A stretch of DNA of 40,245 nt from a virus (lineage: Duplodnaviria; Caudoviricetes). A program made the translations under genes and the position numbers. The DNA lies in the IMG/VR virus record IMGVR_UViG_3300025018_000269, positions 1 to 40,245 of that record, one strand, 5' to 3'. Under the pieces are notes generated by a model that saw only the letters and a list, made by a program, of their open reading frames with translations, searched no databases and was not told the origin of the DNA. Position 1 is the stretch's first letter. Each line of letters opens with the position of its first letter. Of this stretch, positions 15,131-25,225 are shown piece after piece.

Positions 15131-16631
15131 TTTTTCAGAGGAAAACTATGTCCGGCATTCCCCCGGCGAGGAAGCCGGCATAAAGGTCCCGCGGAACGTC
15201 GAGGCGGAAGCCATGCTCCTTGGTGCGCTTCTGATCGAAAACCGGATTGGCGATGATGTCCGCGGGAAGCTTCGGCCGGAGCACTTCTACGAGCCGATGC
15301 ATGCCCGGATCTTTGAAAAGGCGATGCAGCTGATCGACGATGGCGTGACGTGCACTCCGGTGACGATGAAGCCATATTTTGAAGATGACCCAACGATGAA
15401 GGAGCTGGGCGGTCCGTCCTATCTCGCCAAGATCACCGGCGATGGCGCCGGCCTAGTTGGCGCCCGGTCCTTCGCCGACCAGATCTATGACCTCGCCATG
15501 CTGCGCGAACTGGCGCTGGCGGCTTCCGAGATGCAGAAAAGCGCGTCCGATACGACCGAAAGCGTGTCGTGGGAACCGGTCTACGAGCAATTTGAGGACC
15601 GGATAGCTTCCCTCCAGGGTCACAGCAAAAAGCCGATGTCCCAAAGCTTTTCAGACTTGATGCGGGAGAACATCACCGAACTGGAGGAAATGAGCCGCAC
15701 CGGTGACAAGCCGGGCATCACGATCGACCTTTACGAGGATTGGAACAAGGTCGCGGGCCGCGGCATGGGCGGAGACCTGATCATCCTTGCCGCGCGTCCC
15801 AGCATGGGCAAGACCGCTATTTCGACGGCGATCGCGGCCGGGGCGGCGAAGGCGGGGCATCCTACGAAATACAAGTCGATCGAAATGCACGGGAAAAAGA
15901 TAGCCCTGCGCGCGTGTGCGTCCATCCTGTGGGAGCAGGACGTCACCCCGACCTATACCCAGCTGCAGGAGGGCAACCTGCTGCCCCATCAATGGCAAGA
16001 ACTGCACAAGGTCGAGGAAGAAATCGACGGCTGGCCGCTGTTCATCGAGACGTGCGCGGAATTTTACGTCGAGGACCTCGCGTCCGACATCCGCCGCACG
16101 AATCGCATGCTCGAGCGCAAGGGGCAGCCGCCGCTGAAATATTGCATCATCGACTATCTCGGCAAGATAAAGACCCGGCAGCGGTTCAACAATACGAACG
16201 ACCGGATCACCTATATTTGCCACACGCTCAAGGAAGTGGCGGTCAAGACCGAAACAATCATGATCGTGCTTGCCCAGCTGAGCCGGGCGATCGAGCAACG
16301 TGAAGATAAGCGGCCGCTGCTGAGCGATCTTCGCGACTCAGGGTCGATTGAGCAGGACGCCGATGTGGTGGTCTTCTTGTACCGGGAAGAATATTACCAT
16401 GTCCGCACCCGCCCCCCTGAGAACCAGCCCGCGAAGCTTGAGACGTGGAAGGCCAAGCTGTTCGAAATCCAGCACCAGCTGGAGATATTCAGTTCGAAGC
16501 GCCGCGAGGGCGCGCTGGCGAAGCGGCTCAGCTATTTCAACACCGAGTTCCAGGCGATCCGGGATCAGGATTATTTCAACTGGAAATCACAGCAGGAAAG
16601 CACGGAGACTATGGATAGGGGGTGGAAGTGA
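15120..16631 (+). CDS. dnaB: Replicative DNA helicase, DnaB family
   Basis: N-terminal PRNVEAE..LLGALL, AARPSMGKT, SIEM, IIDYL, AQLSR, SDLRDSGSIEQDAD. Confidence 0.95.
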   Translation: MPSDFSEENYVRHSPGEEAGIKVPRNVEAEAMLLGALLIENRIGDDVRGKLRPEHFYEPMHARIFEKAMQLIDDGVTCTPVTMKPYFEDDPTMKELGGPSYLAKITGDGAGLVGARSFADQIYDLAMLRELALAASEMQKSASDTTESVSWEPVYEQFEDRIASLQGHSKKPMSQSFSDLMRENITELEEMSRTGDKPGITIDLYEDWNKVAGRGMGGDLIILAARPSMGKTAISTAIAAGAAKAGHPTKYKSIEMHGKKIALRACASILWEQDVTPTYTQLQEGNLLPHQWQELHKVEEEIDGWPLFIETCAEFYVEDLASDIRRTNRMLERKGQPPLKYCIIDYLGKIKTRQRFNNTNDRITYICHTLKEVAVKTETIMIVLAQLSRAIEQREDKRPLLSDLRDSGSIEQDADVVVFLYREEYYHVRTRPPENQPAKLETWKAKLFEIQHQLEIFSSKRREGALAKRLSYFNTEFQAIRDQDYFNWKSQQESTETMDRGWK

Positions 16632-16885
16632 TGAAGTTTGACCAGATAGTGCACATAGAGTGCATGGCTGTCGGGGAACCTATTTGGGCGCAGGAAATGC
16701 GCTGCATCCCCCGAATAGGTGAAACCGTCGTTCGGATTGATGGCGCAGAACCCGGAGACTGGTTCCGGGTGGTAGATGTTATCCATGGCGCGAAACCACG
16801 GTTTTTGCCGTCCAGTTTCGCGGGATCAAGCGCGCTTGTTTTGGTTGTACGAAGGGAGAAAGTCCGTGTGGCTGCAGAGGGATAA
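16631..16885 (+). CDS. Hypothetical protein
   Basis: TGATG overlap with dnaB; IPRIGETV...FRVVDVIH motif. Confidence 0.65.
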   Translation: MKFDQIVHIECMAVGEPIWAQEMRCIPRIGETVVRIDGAEPGDWFRVVDVIHGAKPRFLPSSFAGSSALVLVVRREKVRVAAEG

Positions 16886-16895
16886 AGAGCCGGGA

Positions 16896-17198
16896 ATGTA
16901 CAAGGTCTCGGGAGAGCGCGGCTGGGAGGATATGCCGGAGCATTGGTACCCGGATGAAATGAAGAAGCGCGCCGGCTATCTCCTGATCAAGGAGAGGTTC
17001 ACGTTGCGCATGGGTCTCGTCTCGTCTGCTCGCCGGTGCTTCGGGATATGGGACTGGAAGCTGGGAGAATGGGTCGTCCGGCCGGCGAAGGCAATGTCTG
17101 AGGACAAGGTGCGGCTGATCCTCAAGGGAATATTCCTTGGCGCCAGGCAGCGCAACAAAAGAGAATATTCGAGGAAGGGGAAAAAAAATGTCAAATGA
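16896..17198 (+). CDS. Hypothetical basic protein (start uncertain)
   Basis: Fills the gap before the replication gene. Confidence 0.5.
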   Translation: MYKVSGERGWEDMPEHWYPDEMKKRAGYLLIKERFTLRMGLVSSARRCFGIWDWKLGEWVVRPAKAMSEDKVRLILKGIFLGARQRNKREYSRKGKKNVK

Positions 17199-18168
17199 TG
17201 TTATGAACCGTATCTGGTACAGCGAAAATCCCGGTCTGGAAGATCCGGTTCTGCGAATCGTCCTGATCAGCCTTGCCGACAACGCCAATGACCATGGCTA
17301 CTGCTTCCCCTCGCTGGAGACGATCCGGAAGCGCTGCGGATGCAAACTGCGCACGGTGCAGAACAAGATCAATGTTGCGATCAAGATCGGCGTCCTGAAA
17401 AAGCGGACCCGCAAGGATGCCTCGAACGAATATTTTTTCCAGCTGGATCAGCTGCCCCATGTCGCACGTCCGCGCGGTCACAAAGAACTGTCGACGGAGG
17501 AATATTACAAGCAGCGATTTGGGCATGTCGTTGACGAACAAGAGCAGGATCTGTTCGGCACTGCACCCCCTGCATATGACGACATCGATACCGGGGTACC
17601 TCCTGCATATGACGACGTACCCCCCCTGCATATAACGACAGCACCCCCTGCATATGACGACACTATAACCCTAAGAGAACCCAAAGATATAACCCCCATA
17701 CTGCGGGGGGCAAAAAACAAGGAAGAAATTCTCCATTTTTCGGAGATGCTTTTCGTAAGCCAATGGCTTGCTCTGCAGAGTGAATATCCAGTTCTGCCAG
17801 GCATGGCGAATCATGAAACGCAGCTGATGGGAGAGGGGCGGCGGAAGCTTTTGGCAGCAAGGTTCAAAGACGCAAAAATAAAGACAGGCGAAGAAGCTGC
17901 AGATTTTTTGAACACGCTTTTCGAAATTGTGGCAAAAAGCCCGCTGCTGCTCGGTCTGACGACGGACTGGAACTGCCATGCGGCTTGGATCCTTCGCCCG
18001 ACGAACATCACGAAGATTATGGAGAAAACCTATGTCCGACCTTTCCCTGCCGGTTCAGGTAGATCAGGCAATCGCCAAAGCAGAAACCTTGCGGCAGGAC
18101 GAAAGGCTGCCGATTCTCGCGCGCAGGGCCGCTCAGGGCGATCTGAAAGCCGAGGACATTCCCGCTGA
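17188..18168 (+). CDS. Phage replication initiator (N-terminal winged HTH, lambda O-like layout)
   Basis: LISLADNANDHGYCFPSLETIRKRCG..RTVQ motif, internal iterons, C-terminal W.C...WIL...NI.KIME motif. Confidence 0.85.
   Translation: MSNDVMNRIWYSENPGLEDPVLRIVLISLADNANDHGYCFPSLETIRKRCGCKLRTVQNKINVAIKIGVLKKRTRKDASNEYFFQLDQLPHVARPRGHKELSTEEYYKQRFGHVVDEQEQDLFGTAPPAYDDIDTGVPPAYDDVPPLHITTAPPAYDDTITLREPKDITPILRGAKNKEEILHFSEMLFVSQWLALQSEYPVLPGMANHETQLMGEGRRKLLAARFKDAKIKTGEEAADFLNTLFEIVAKSPLLLGLTTDWNCHAAWILRPTNITKIMEKTYVRPFPAGSGRSGNRQSRNLAAGRKAADSRAQGRSGRSESRGHSR
17569..17661 (+). repeat. Four iterons, probable replication origin
   Basis: CCTGCATATRACGAC at 17569, 17602, 17625 and 17647, followed by an A-rich tract. 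Confidence 0.85.
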
Positions 18169-18508
18169 CCTGCATGCGCGCTTGCCGGAGCTCGCCCACA
18201 TCGCCGGGAATCTTGCTCGGCCGGCCGACGAAGGCTTGCTGAACAAGCACCTGATGAAAATTTGCGCGCTGGTTGGCATGTCGACCCACGTTGATGACCG
18301 GGCGGACTGGATCGAAGTCATGATTGAGGAACTCAGTGACTTGCCGGCATCGCTGGTGATAGAGGCTCTCGAGCAGGCCAGGAAGCGCAAGACCGCGCTG
18401 TGGGACTATGCCGCGTTCGTTCAGGAATATTGCGAGGAAGGAGCTTTGTTCTTGAAAAAGCGCGCCGAATCCTATGCTATCCTGAGTTCTATCGCAGCTG
18501 GAGAGTGA
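18032..18508 (+). CDS. Hypothetical protein, possible helicase loader/inhibitor
   Basis: GGAG RBS; W...LSDLP...V..A motif; directly follows the initiator. Confidence 0.55.
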   Translation: MSDLSLPVQVDQAIAKAETLRQDERLPILARRAAQGDLKAEDIPADLHARLPELAHIAGNLARPADEGLLNKHLMKICALVGMSTHVDDRADWIEVMIEELSDLPASLVIEALEQARKRKTALWDYAAFVQEYCEEGALFLKKRAESYAILSSIAAGE

Positions 18509-18536
18509 CAATCTGGTTTTCACATGGGGCTTTGAG

Positions 18537-18722
18537 ATGAAGAAATACGTTCGCGGCATAGATGGAAAAATGGTCAGGGAGGATGACATGGCGACGTTTC
18601 AGGGCCGCGGGTCGTTTCGTGATCTGGTACGGACCATGGCTGAAAGCGGCAAACTGGTCTCGGTGACATTCGCAAAGCCAAAGCGCTTCGGCTGGACAAA
18701 AAAAGACGGTTCGAAGGAATAG
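18537..18722 (+). CDS. Small basic hypothetical protein
   Basis: 61-aa ORF tiling before the terminase genes. Confidence 0.5.
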   Translation: MKKYVRGIDGKMVREDDMATFQGRGSFRDLVRTMAESGKLVSVTFAKPKRFGWTKKDGSKE

Positions 18723-18725
18723 ATT

Positions 18726-19355
18726 TTGGCCACCCCGATCGATCCCAAAAGACTGGAAAACCTTGAGGCTGCGCTGAAAAAGCACAAGTCAAAGGACCTT
18801 TTGGATCAAAAGCAGCTCGGGGCGATCTATGGCGTGTCTCCCGGCCGGATAAGCGGATTGGTGAAGAACCGGTTCGAGGATTTTCCGCCGGCGCAGCGCG
18901 ATGCCGACGGAAAGCACTGGTACCCGGCCGGCGCCGCGATCAAGGCCATGATCGATTATTGCAAGGACAGTTCGAAGTCGCAGAATCGCAAGCGCGCCGC
19001 GATCGGCAAGATCATGTCGAAAAGCGAGCCAGCGGCGAATGACGACCAGCCGCCGCAACTGACTGCCGCTGATCTGGACCGGATGGCGAGTGCAGCGACG
19101 AAGATCTGGAGGCTCGAGCAGGAGCAGGGAAAATATATCAAGGTTGAGGATGCTGTGTCGGGCTATCGGAGCATATACTCGCTGACGCGGACCGAGATGA
19201 TGGGCTGGCTCAACCAGGTCGACCCGAACGGCGCGCTTCCGCTGGACACCCGCAAGAAAATCGAGACGTCCATCCGCTCCAGCCTGGTCAAGTTGCAGGG
19301 CCTGATCGAGGATCTGAACGCGCTTCCGCCGGATATTGAGGAAGCGGCTGAATGA
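18726..19355 (+). CDS. Terminase small subunit (Nu1-like)
   Basis: N-terminal winged HTH (QKQLGAIYGVSPGRIS), then K..RLEQEQGKYI coiled coil; AAGGA RBS with TTG start. Confidence 0.7.
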   Translation: MATPIDPKRLENLEAALKKHKSKDLLDQKQLGAIYGVSPGRISGLVKNRFEDFPPAQRDADGKHWYPAGAAIKAMIDYCKDSSKSQNRKRAAIGKIMSKSEPAANDDQPPQLTAADLDRMASAATKIWRLEQEQGKYIKVEDAVSGYRSIYSLTRTEMMGWLNQVDPNGALPLDTRKKIETSIRSSLVKLQGLIEDLNALPPDIEEAAE

Positions 19356-20200
19356 ACAACCCGTATCACATCCCGGGCCCGGCCCTGATTTCATTCTCTG
19401 GCGGCCGCACGTCCGGCATGATGCTTTGGAAAATTCTGGAAGCGCATGGTGGAAAACTGCCCGATGATGTGCACGTGGCCTTCGCTAACACCGGAAAAGA
19501 GCATGAGGAAACGCTGCGTTTCGTGAATGAATGCGGTTCGCGGTGGGGCGTCAAGATCCACTGGTTGGAGTTTTCCACTGATCTGCGGCGAGGCGGTGCT
19601 GCCAGCCGATTCGTCGAAGTTGGTTACAACAGCGCAAGCCGAGAAGGCGAACCGCTTGAAAGATTGATCGCGCGAAAAAAAGCAATATTTTCCACGCAAT
19701 CTGGGCGCTGGTGCACCGAGTTTTGCAAGGTCAAAGTGCTCGCCGATTTTATGGAAACCATTGGCCACCGTGAGGGAGAATACACTGAGGTTATAGGCTT
19801 CCGGGCAGATGAGCGCGACCGCGTTATTGAAATGCCAAACGCACGACGCAATGCCAATCGACACTTTTGCTTCCCCTTGGCTGCAGCCGGCATCCGGAAA
19901 TCCGACGTGTTTGAATTTTGGGAATCTCAGCCGTTTGACCTTTGCTTGGAGCGTGGCCTTGGGAACTGCGACCAGTGCCCATTTCTTGCATATAAGGCCC
20001 GGGTTATCCGGGCTCGGCGGGATCCTGAATCCTGCCAGTGGTGGGCAGATAAGGAAACCGCCTTTGACTACAACTTTGCCCGTGAAAGCTTCTCTGATAT
20101 CTTGCGCGATGCACAGCGGAATGCCCTTCTACCATTGGATGATATCGAGCAGGATGCAGCCGAGAGCGAATGTCTCGGTTGGTGTGCAGGTGATATATGA
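19352..20200 (+). CDS. PAPS-reductase / adenine nucleotide alpha-hydrolase family protein
   Basis: PP-loop ISFSGGRTSG, FANTGKE, RWCTEFCK, IGFRADE, FPL, GNCDQCP. Confidence 0.88.
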   Translation: MNNPYHIPGPALISFSGGRTSGMMLWKILEAHGGKLPDDVHVAFANTGKEHEETLRFVNECGSRWGVKIHWLEFSTDLRRGGAASRFVEVGYNSASREGEPLERLIARKKAIFSTQSGRWCTEFCKVKVLADFMETIGHREGEYTEVIGFRADERDRVIEMPNARRNANRHFCFPLAAAGIRKSDVFEFWESQPFDLCLERGLGNCDQCPFLAYKARVIRARRDPESCQWWADKETAFDYNFARESFSDILRDAQRNALLPLDDIEQDAAESECLGWCAGDI

Positions 20201-22290
20201 ACGACCTGATGCATCCCGCGTCAATCGCTGCCTCACTGATCAGGATTCGGGAAAGAAAGACGCTTGCGGATCCGCGCGCGGCAATGCTGGCCCCGATCGA
20301 CCAGCTCCGCCCACCGGAGGATATCTCGACGCACGAAGTCGCGTGCCGGTTCCGAAAGCTGCAGGTAATGGGCGGGGGATATACGGACTTCGATCCGGAC
20401 AAAACTCCCTATCTAGAGGAAATCCACGACGCTTGCGACGATCCGACCAAGCGCTTCGTGATTGTCAAAGGCCCTGCGCGTAGCGGGAAGACGGTAGGAT
20501 TCGAGAATTACGCGATCAAGATCGGCCAGTTCGGGCCCAGCCGGAACCTGCTCTGGTACATGCACAGCGGCCCGGACGTTCAGCGCTATGTCGCGGAACG
20601 TGTCGACTGGATGCTCAACAATCACGAAGAGCTCAACGAAAAATGGGACCGGGCCGGGAAAAACAAGTGGGACATGAAAAAGATCGACGGCGCCATCTGG
20701 GAATGGCTTGCCGCGAACGCTTCTACCACCCGCGGCCGGTCCGCTGCGGTGATCGTCGGCGACGAAGTGGACGCGATGCGGCCGTCAATCCGCGAAGCGC
20801 TGATCACCCTGATTGAAAACCGGCAACGAGAATATGGGAACATGGCAAAGGGCTTGCTGGCGTCTCACCCCGATGCCGGGCCAGAGTTCGGAGTCGACGC
20901 CTATCTGATCAAGAGCGACAGGCGGCTCAGGATATGGACCTGCCCCGCGTGCGCGCACCTGATGTCCCCGTGCGTGGAAATCGGTAAGACCCGCAGGGTG
21001 ACGTGGAACATCCGGCAGCTGATCAATTCGCAGAAGGATATGCCGGTCGACGAATTGACGCAGTACGTCGCGGAGAATGTCGCGCTGGTTTGCCCTAACC
21101 CGGACTGCGGCCTGCACTTTGGAGACACGGAGCGATTGGAGATGGACCGCGCAGGCGTCTGGATGCGCCGCGGCCTGGTGATAGACGAGCACGAAAACAT
21201 TGTGGGCACGCCAGAGGTTTTCGACCGGGCGGGCTTTGTCATCCACGCGTTCATGGCGCCGTTCGTAAAGCTGGCCGGTTTGTCGCAGGAGTGGATGGAG
21301 GCGTGGGACGAAGAGCAGCGCACCGGCTCTCACCGCAAGATGAAGGAAGTTCTGGTCAAATCGCTGGGCGAGACGGACTCCGACGATGATGAAGCTTCAC
21401 TGCCGCGCGACTGGGAAGAAGTGAAATCCCGCCTGACGAACCAGCAATGTCACATAGGTGTTGTTCCGCAGTGGGTTCGGTTCCTGACTGCCTTCGTCGA
21501 CGTGCAGGGTGCGAGCTTCGAAACCACGGTGATCGGCTGGGACGAGCAGAAGCAGTCCGTTCTGATCGACCGGTTCTCTATCAAGCAGCGGATAGGCTTG
21601 AGAAACATCAACCCGGCCGAACGGCTCGAGGACTGGGACGTGATCGAGCAGGCCGTGCTCAACCAGGTCTATCCCGTCGCCGGGTCGGACGAATTGTTCA
21701 TGGGCATCGCCAAGGTCGCGGTCGACTCGGGCGGCGAAGGGGCGGTGACCGAGAATGCCCGGAACTGGTTCGCTAATATCGCTGGACGGCCGAATAATCC
21801 CATCCCTGTCTGGCGGGTGCTGCTCTCGCGCGGCGGCGCGCACCGCGGCACGGATCTGTTCGGCAAGCCCCGCCCGTTCGACAAGGACAAGGCCGGCCGT
21901 CCGCTGCCGGTGACCATCACGGAGCGCACCGTCAACGTGCATGAGGTCAAGAACATGATCGCGCGGCGCATGGGCGTCCCGAACCCTGGGCCTCTCTTCA
22001 TGCACCTGCCGGCGGATCTGGACGACGCCTATGGCAAGGAACTGGTCGCGGAGACCCGGGTGATGGGCCAATGGATGAAAACCGGAGGCCGACGGAATGA
22101 AACGTGGGATGGCTGGGTTATGGCAGAGGTCTGCCGCGCGCTGCTGGCCCCGGAGCATTTCGCGATCGACTGGAAAAACAATCCCCCATTTTGGGCCAAG
22201 CCTTTCAAACTCTCGCCAAACGAAGACGGCGATGTTAAGGAGAGCGCAGTGCAAGGCTTCTTTAGCCGGCTCGCCAAACTTAACAGTTAG
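20197..22290 (+). CDS. Terminase large subunit (lambda GpA family)
   Basis: TPYL.EI, GPARSGKT, VGDEVD, CPAC/CPNPDC zinc motifs, VDVQ, VDSGG, RNETWD. Confidence 0.95.
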   Translation: MNDLMHPASIAASLIRIRERKTLADPRAAMLAPIDQLRPPEDISTHEVACRFRKLQVMGGGYTDFDPDKTPYLEEIHDACDDPTKRFVIVKGPARSGKTVGFENYAIKIGQFGPSRNLLWYMHSGPDVQRYVAERVDWMLNNHEELNEKWDRAGKNKWDMKKIDGAIWEWLAANASTTRGRSAAVIVGDEVDAMRPSIREALITLIENRQREYGNMAKGLLASHPDAGPEFGVDAYLIKSDRRLRIWTCPACAHLMSPCVEIGKTRRVTWNIRQLINSQKDMPVDELTQYVAENVALVCPNPDCGLHFGDTERLEMDRAGVWMRRGLVIDEHENIVGTPEVFDRAGFVIHAFMAPFVKLAGLSQEWMEAWDEEQRTGSHRKMKEVLVKSLGETDSDDDEASLPRDWEEVKSRLTNQQCHIGVVPQWVRFLTAFVDVQGASFETTVIGWDEQKQSVLIDRFSIKQRIGLRNINPAERLEDWDVIEQAVLNQVYPVAGSDELFMGIAKVAVDSGGEGAVTENARNWFANIAGRPNNPIPVWRVLLSRGGAHRGTDLFGKPRPFDKDKAGRPLPVTITERTVNVHEVKNMIARRMGVPNPGPLFMHLPADLDDAYGKELVAETRVMGQWMKTGGRRNETWDGWVMAEVCRALLAPEHFAIDWKNNPPFWAKPFKLSPNEDGDVKESAVQGFFSRLAKLNS

Positions 22291-22298
22291 GAATCGCT

Positions 22299-22547
22299 AT
22301 GGGAATTTTCACCGGCATGCCCAGAGAGGATCTGGAAACCTATATCAGTGATGCGCGATCTTTTCTGCGCGGCACCAGCACCGAGGGTGAGTTGAAAAGC
22401 ATCTGGGCCGAAGACCGCCGGATGGAATTCTTTCAGATGAACAAGTCCGACTTGCGGCGCAATCTTTCCGAAGCAGAGTCGGAACTCGAGCGACTGGATG
22501 GCTCGTCGCAAGGCGGAGCAATCAGTGTAAGCTTTGGAGGCCGGTGA
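22299..22547 (+). CDS. Head-tail joining protein (gpW-like)
   Basis: Size and position between terL and portal; helix-hairpin-helix pattern. Confidence 0.7.
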   Translation: MGIFTGMPREDLETYISDARSFLRGTSTEGELKSIWAEDRRMEFFQMNKSDLRRNLSEAESELERLDGSSQGGAISVSFGGR

Positions 22548-24280
22548 TGTCTAAGAAAAAGGTCTCCGCCGACGGCGCGCACGTCACCTCGAAAATTGAG
22601 CAGTTCGATGCCAACGCACCGTCGTTTTTTGCCAACCCAGGCCAGCGCAGCGGCGTAAGCCCGACGTTTCTCGGCGGCAATGTCTTTGCGACGCCGCAGC
22701 TGACCAGCGGGGCAAAGGAAGTGAAGGCCGGCAGGCGGCAGGCGGTTATCAACGCCAGGCGGGTGGTGCAAGACAGTCCCTTGGCCGAAGCGGCCGGCTT
22801 CAAGCGCTCCGCCAATGCCGTGGGCGCTGAACTGCGGTACCAAAGCACGCTGAACTGGCGGGCCATGGGCCTTGATATGGATCGCGGCCGGGAACTCAAG
22901 AAGCTTTTTGCTGAACAGATCGAGGCGTTGTGGGTGCCGTTCTCTCAAGATCACCGGCACATGCTGGACGCGCACCGGCAGTCTGAATTCGGTGAACTGA
23001 TGTTCCGGGCAGCACAGTCCGGCTACGGCCCAGATGGCGAGGCGCTGCTGATCGTTCGCTACGATGAAGAGCGCATGCAAAAGCACCAGGCAAAATATGC
23101 AACCTATATCGAGTTGGTCGATCCGGACCGCCTCTCAACCCCGACATCCGTTCTCAATGAAAATTTGAACAAGGATGGCCCCATGATGCAGGCCGGGGTA
23201 GAACTGGACGAGTACGGCGGCGCGGTCGCGTACTGGATCACAAAGTCGCACCCGAGCGATGGCGGGAAGGGCACTACCGAATGGGCCCGCGTGCCGCGCG
23301 AGACGGACTGGGGCCGGCCGGTATGCATCCACTGGTTCATGAAGAACCGGCCGGCGGTGCATAGAGCTATGCCGCCGATCATTTCTGCGCTGCGCAGCTA
23401 CCGCGATCTGGACAAGCTTAACGATGCCGAGCTGCAGGCAGAAGTCCTCGACGCGATGTTCACGATGTACATCGAGTCCACCATGTCCGCGACCGAAATT
23501 CTCAAGAAGCTGGAGACGCCGGAGACCGGCGCGCAGTCATCGATCGCAGATGTTCTCGATGCGAAAATGGCGCACTACGAGAAAAATGCGATCATGGCCG
23601 GCGATGTCCGCGTGCCCGTGCTCGCGCCGGACGATAAGCTCCATCTCTCGACATCGGGCCGATCGCGCAAGAATAATGATTCGCTGCGCAAATCGCATCA
23701 CCGCGCCCAGGCCGCGGTACAAAACCTGACCTATGAGATGTTCAGCGGCGATTACTCGGACACCACATTCAGCTCCGCCCAGGCCGCGCTGATCGATATC
23801 TGGCGCCTGATCATGATCGATCGGACACTTTTCAACAATAACGTGCCCAAGCTTGTGGTCGTGGCATTCGCCGAGGAATGCGTGGCGCGCGGCCTGATCA
23901 AGCTGCCAAACTGGGCGCCGGACTTCTTCCAGAACATCACTGCCTACACGTCTTGTGAATTCCGCGGTCCCGGCCGAGGGTTCATCAATCCGGATCAGGA
24001 GCAGAAAGCGGCCGGCGGACGGACCGAAAAGGCGATGACCAGCTATACGCAGGAAGCCGCATCGCAGGGGCAGGACTTCGAAACGAATATCGACAGCATC
24101 GCCGCGGAGCAGGAATATGCCCGGGAGCGCGGCGTCGTGCTGCCGACGATGCCGGAATACCACGCAATGCGGAAGGGCCCGGCGGCGGCGACGTCTGCAG
24201 ATCCGGAAGATGACGCGCAGGAGGATCCAGAGCAGGGCAATCCCAAGCCCAAGCCCACGAAGGAAGAGGACGAAGAATAA
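22547..24280 (+). CDS. Portal protein (lambda family)
   Basis: DGEAL, GVELDEYGGAVAYWI, YEMFSGDYS..TFSSA, GPGRGFINP. Confidence 0.95.
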   Translation: MSKKKVSADGAHVTSKIEQFDANAPSFFANPGQRSGVSPTFLGGNVFATPQLTSGAKEVKAGRRQAVINARRVVQDSPLAEAAGFKRSANAVGAELRYQSTLNWRAMGLDMDRGRELKKLFAEQIEALWVPFSQDHRHMLDAHRQSEFGELMFRAAQSGYGPDGEALLIVRYDEERMQKHQAKYATYIELVDPDRLSTPTSVLNENLNKDGPMMQAGVELDEYGGAVAYWITKSHPSDGGKGTTEWARVPRETDWGRPVCIHWFMKNRPAVHRAMPPIISALRSYRDLDKLNDAELQAEVLDAMFTMYIESTMSATEILKKLETPETGAQSSIADVLDAKMAHYEKNAIMAGDVRVPVLAPDDKLHLSTSGRSRKNNDSLRKSHHRAQAAVQNLTYEMFSGDYSDTTFSSAQAALIDIWRLIMIDRTLFNNNVPKLVVVAFAEECVARGLIKLPNWAPDFFQNITAYTSCEFRGPGRGFINPDQEQKAAGGRTEKAMTSYTQEAASQGQDFETNIDSIAAEQEYARERGVVLPTMPEYHAMRKGPAAATSADPEDDAQEDPEQGNPKPKPTKEEDEE

Positions 24281-25209
24281 TGGATAAGTCGAACTATTTG
24301 CCGCTCGTTGCTTCCGAGATGATCAACCGGGTGGTGTGCATCTCCCCGCGCTGGGCGAATATCCTAGTCAGCGCGGTCCGTGCCCGGATCGATGTAGACA
24401 TGATTATTGATGACCAGCAGCAAGCGCTGGACCGGAACGCGATGGATGCATTGGCGGCGCAAACAGTGGCGGATATCGGCCGGGTTCGCAGTGCGCGGCC
24501 GGAGAAGATATTCCCCCAGATCGACAACATCGCGCGCATCGACATCATGGGGACGCTGACCCGCCGGCACGGGCTGGATCCTGTGTCTGGTTTCACCGGC
24601 TATGACGGGATAAAGGCCAAGCTGGTCGCTGCCCTGGATGATGACAGCATCGACGGCATCCTGGTCGATTGCGATTCGGGCGGGGGCACGGTCTCTCAAA
24701 TGTTGGATATCGCGGACCTGATCTTCGCGGCCAATCAGCGCAATGGCGGGAAGCCGATCTGGGCCATGGCAAACGAGCAGATGTGCAGCGCGGCCTATAT
24801 CATCTGCTCTGGCGCGGACAAGATCTTCACTACCCGCTCGGCCGAGATTGGTTCCATCGGGTGCATGTTCATGCATGCCGATCGGCAGGAGCAGCTCGCG
24901 ATGCAGGGCGTCAAACTGAGGGCATTTCGCTCCGTCGGGCGCAAGGCTGAAATCAATGCTTTCGAGGACATGTCTCCAGAAGCAGTGGCGGATATCCAGC
25001 AATTATTGGACGAAACGCACGAGCAGCTGGCAGACACTGTTGCGCGAAACAGGAGCCGGAACAGCACTGAATTCGGAAAAATCAAAGATTCTATAGCCAA
25101 GGCAGATGGTTTGACATATATAGGCGATCACGCACGGGACATGGGCTTCGCTGATCAAACAGCATCCGAGGACCAGGTTTGGGAGATGTTCACTCAATAC
25201 CTGGCCTAA
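24280..25209 (+). CDS. Prohead protease, S49 family (gpC-like)
   Basis: DSGGG, CSAAY, IGSIG motifs. Confidence 0.93.
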   Translation: MDKSNYLPLVASEMINRVVCISPRWANILVSAVRARIDVDMIIDDQQQALDRNAMDALAAQTVADIGRVRSARPEKIFPQIDNIARIDIMGTLTRRHGLDPVSGFTGYDGIKAKLVAALDDDSIDGILVDCDSGGGTVSQMLDIADLIFAANQRNGGKPIWAMANEQMCSAAYIICSGADKIFTTRSAEIGSIGCMFMHADRQEQLAMQGVKLRAFRSVGRKAEINAFEDMSPEAVADIQQLLDETHEQLADTVARNRSRNSTEFGKIKDSIAKADGLTYIGDHARDMGFADQTASEDQVWEMFTQYLA

Positions 25210-25225
25210 AACCAGGAGCCCCAAT

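Noticed and set aside
17569-17661. Direct repeats as a mini CRISPR array
   Set aside because: Repeats of 15 bp with 7-18 bp gaps inside a replication gene and no cas genes; these are iterons.
18509-18725. cos site upstream of terS
   Set aside because: Expected for a GpA-type terminase, but no symmetric cos or repeated binding sites could be identified.
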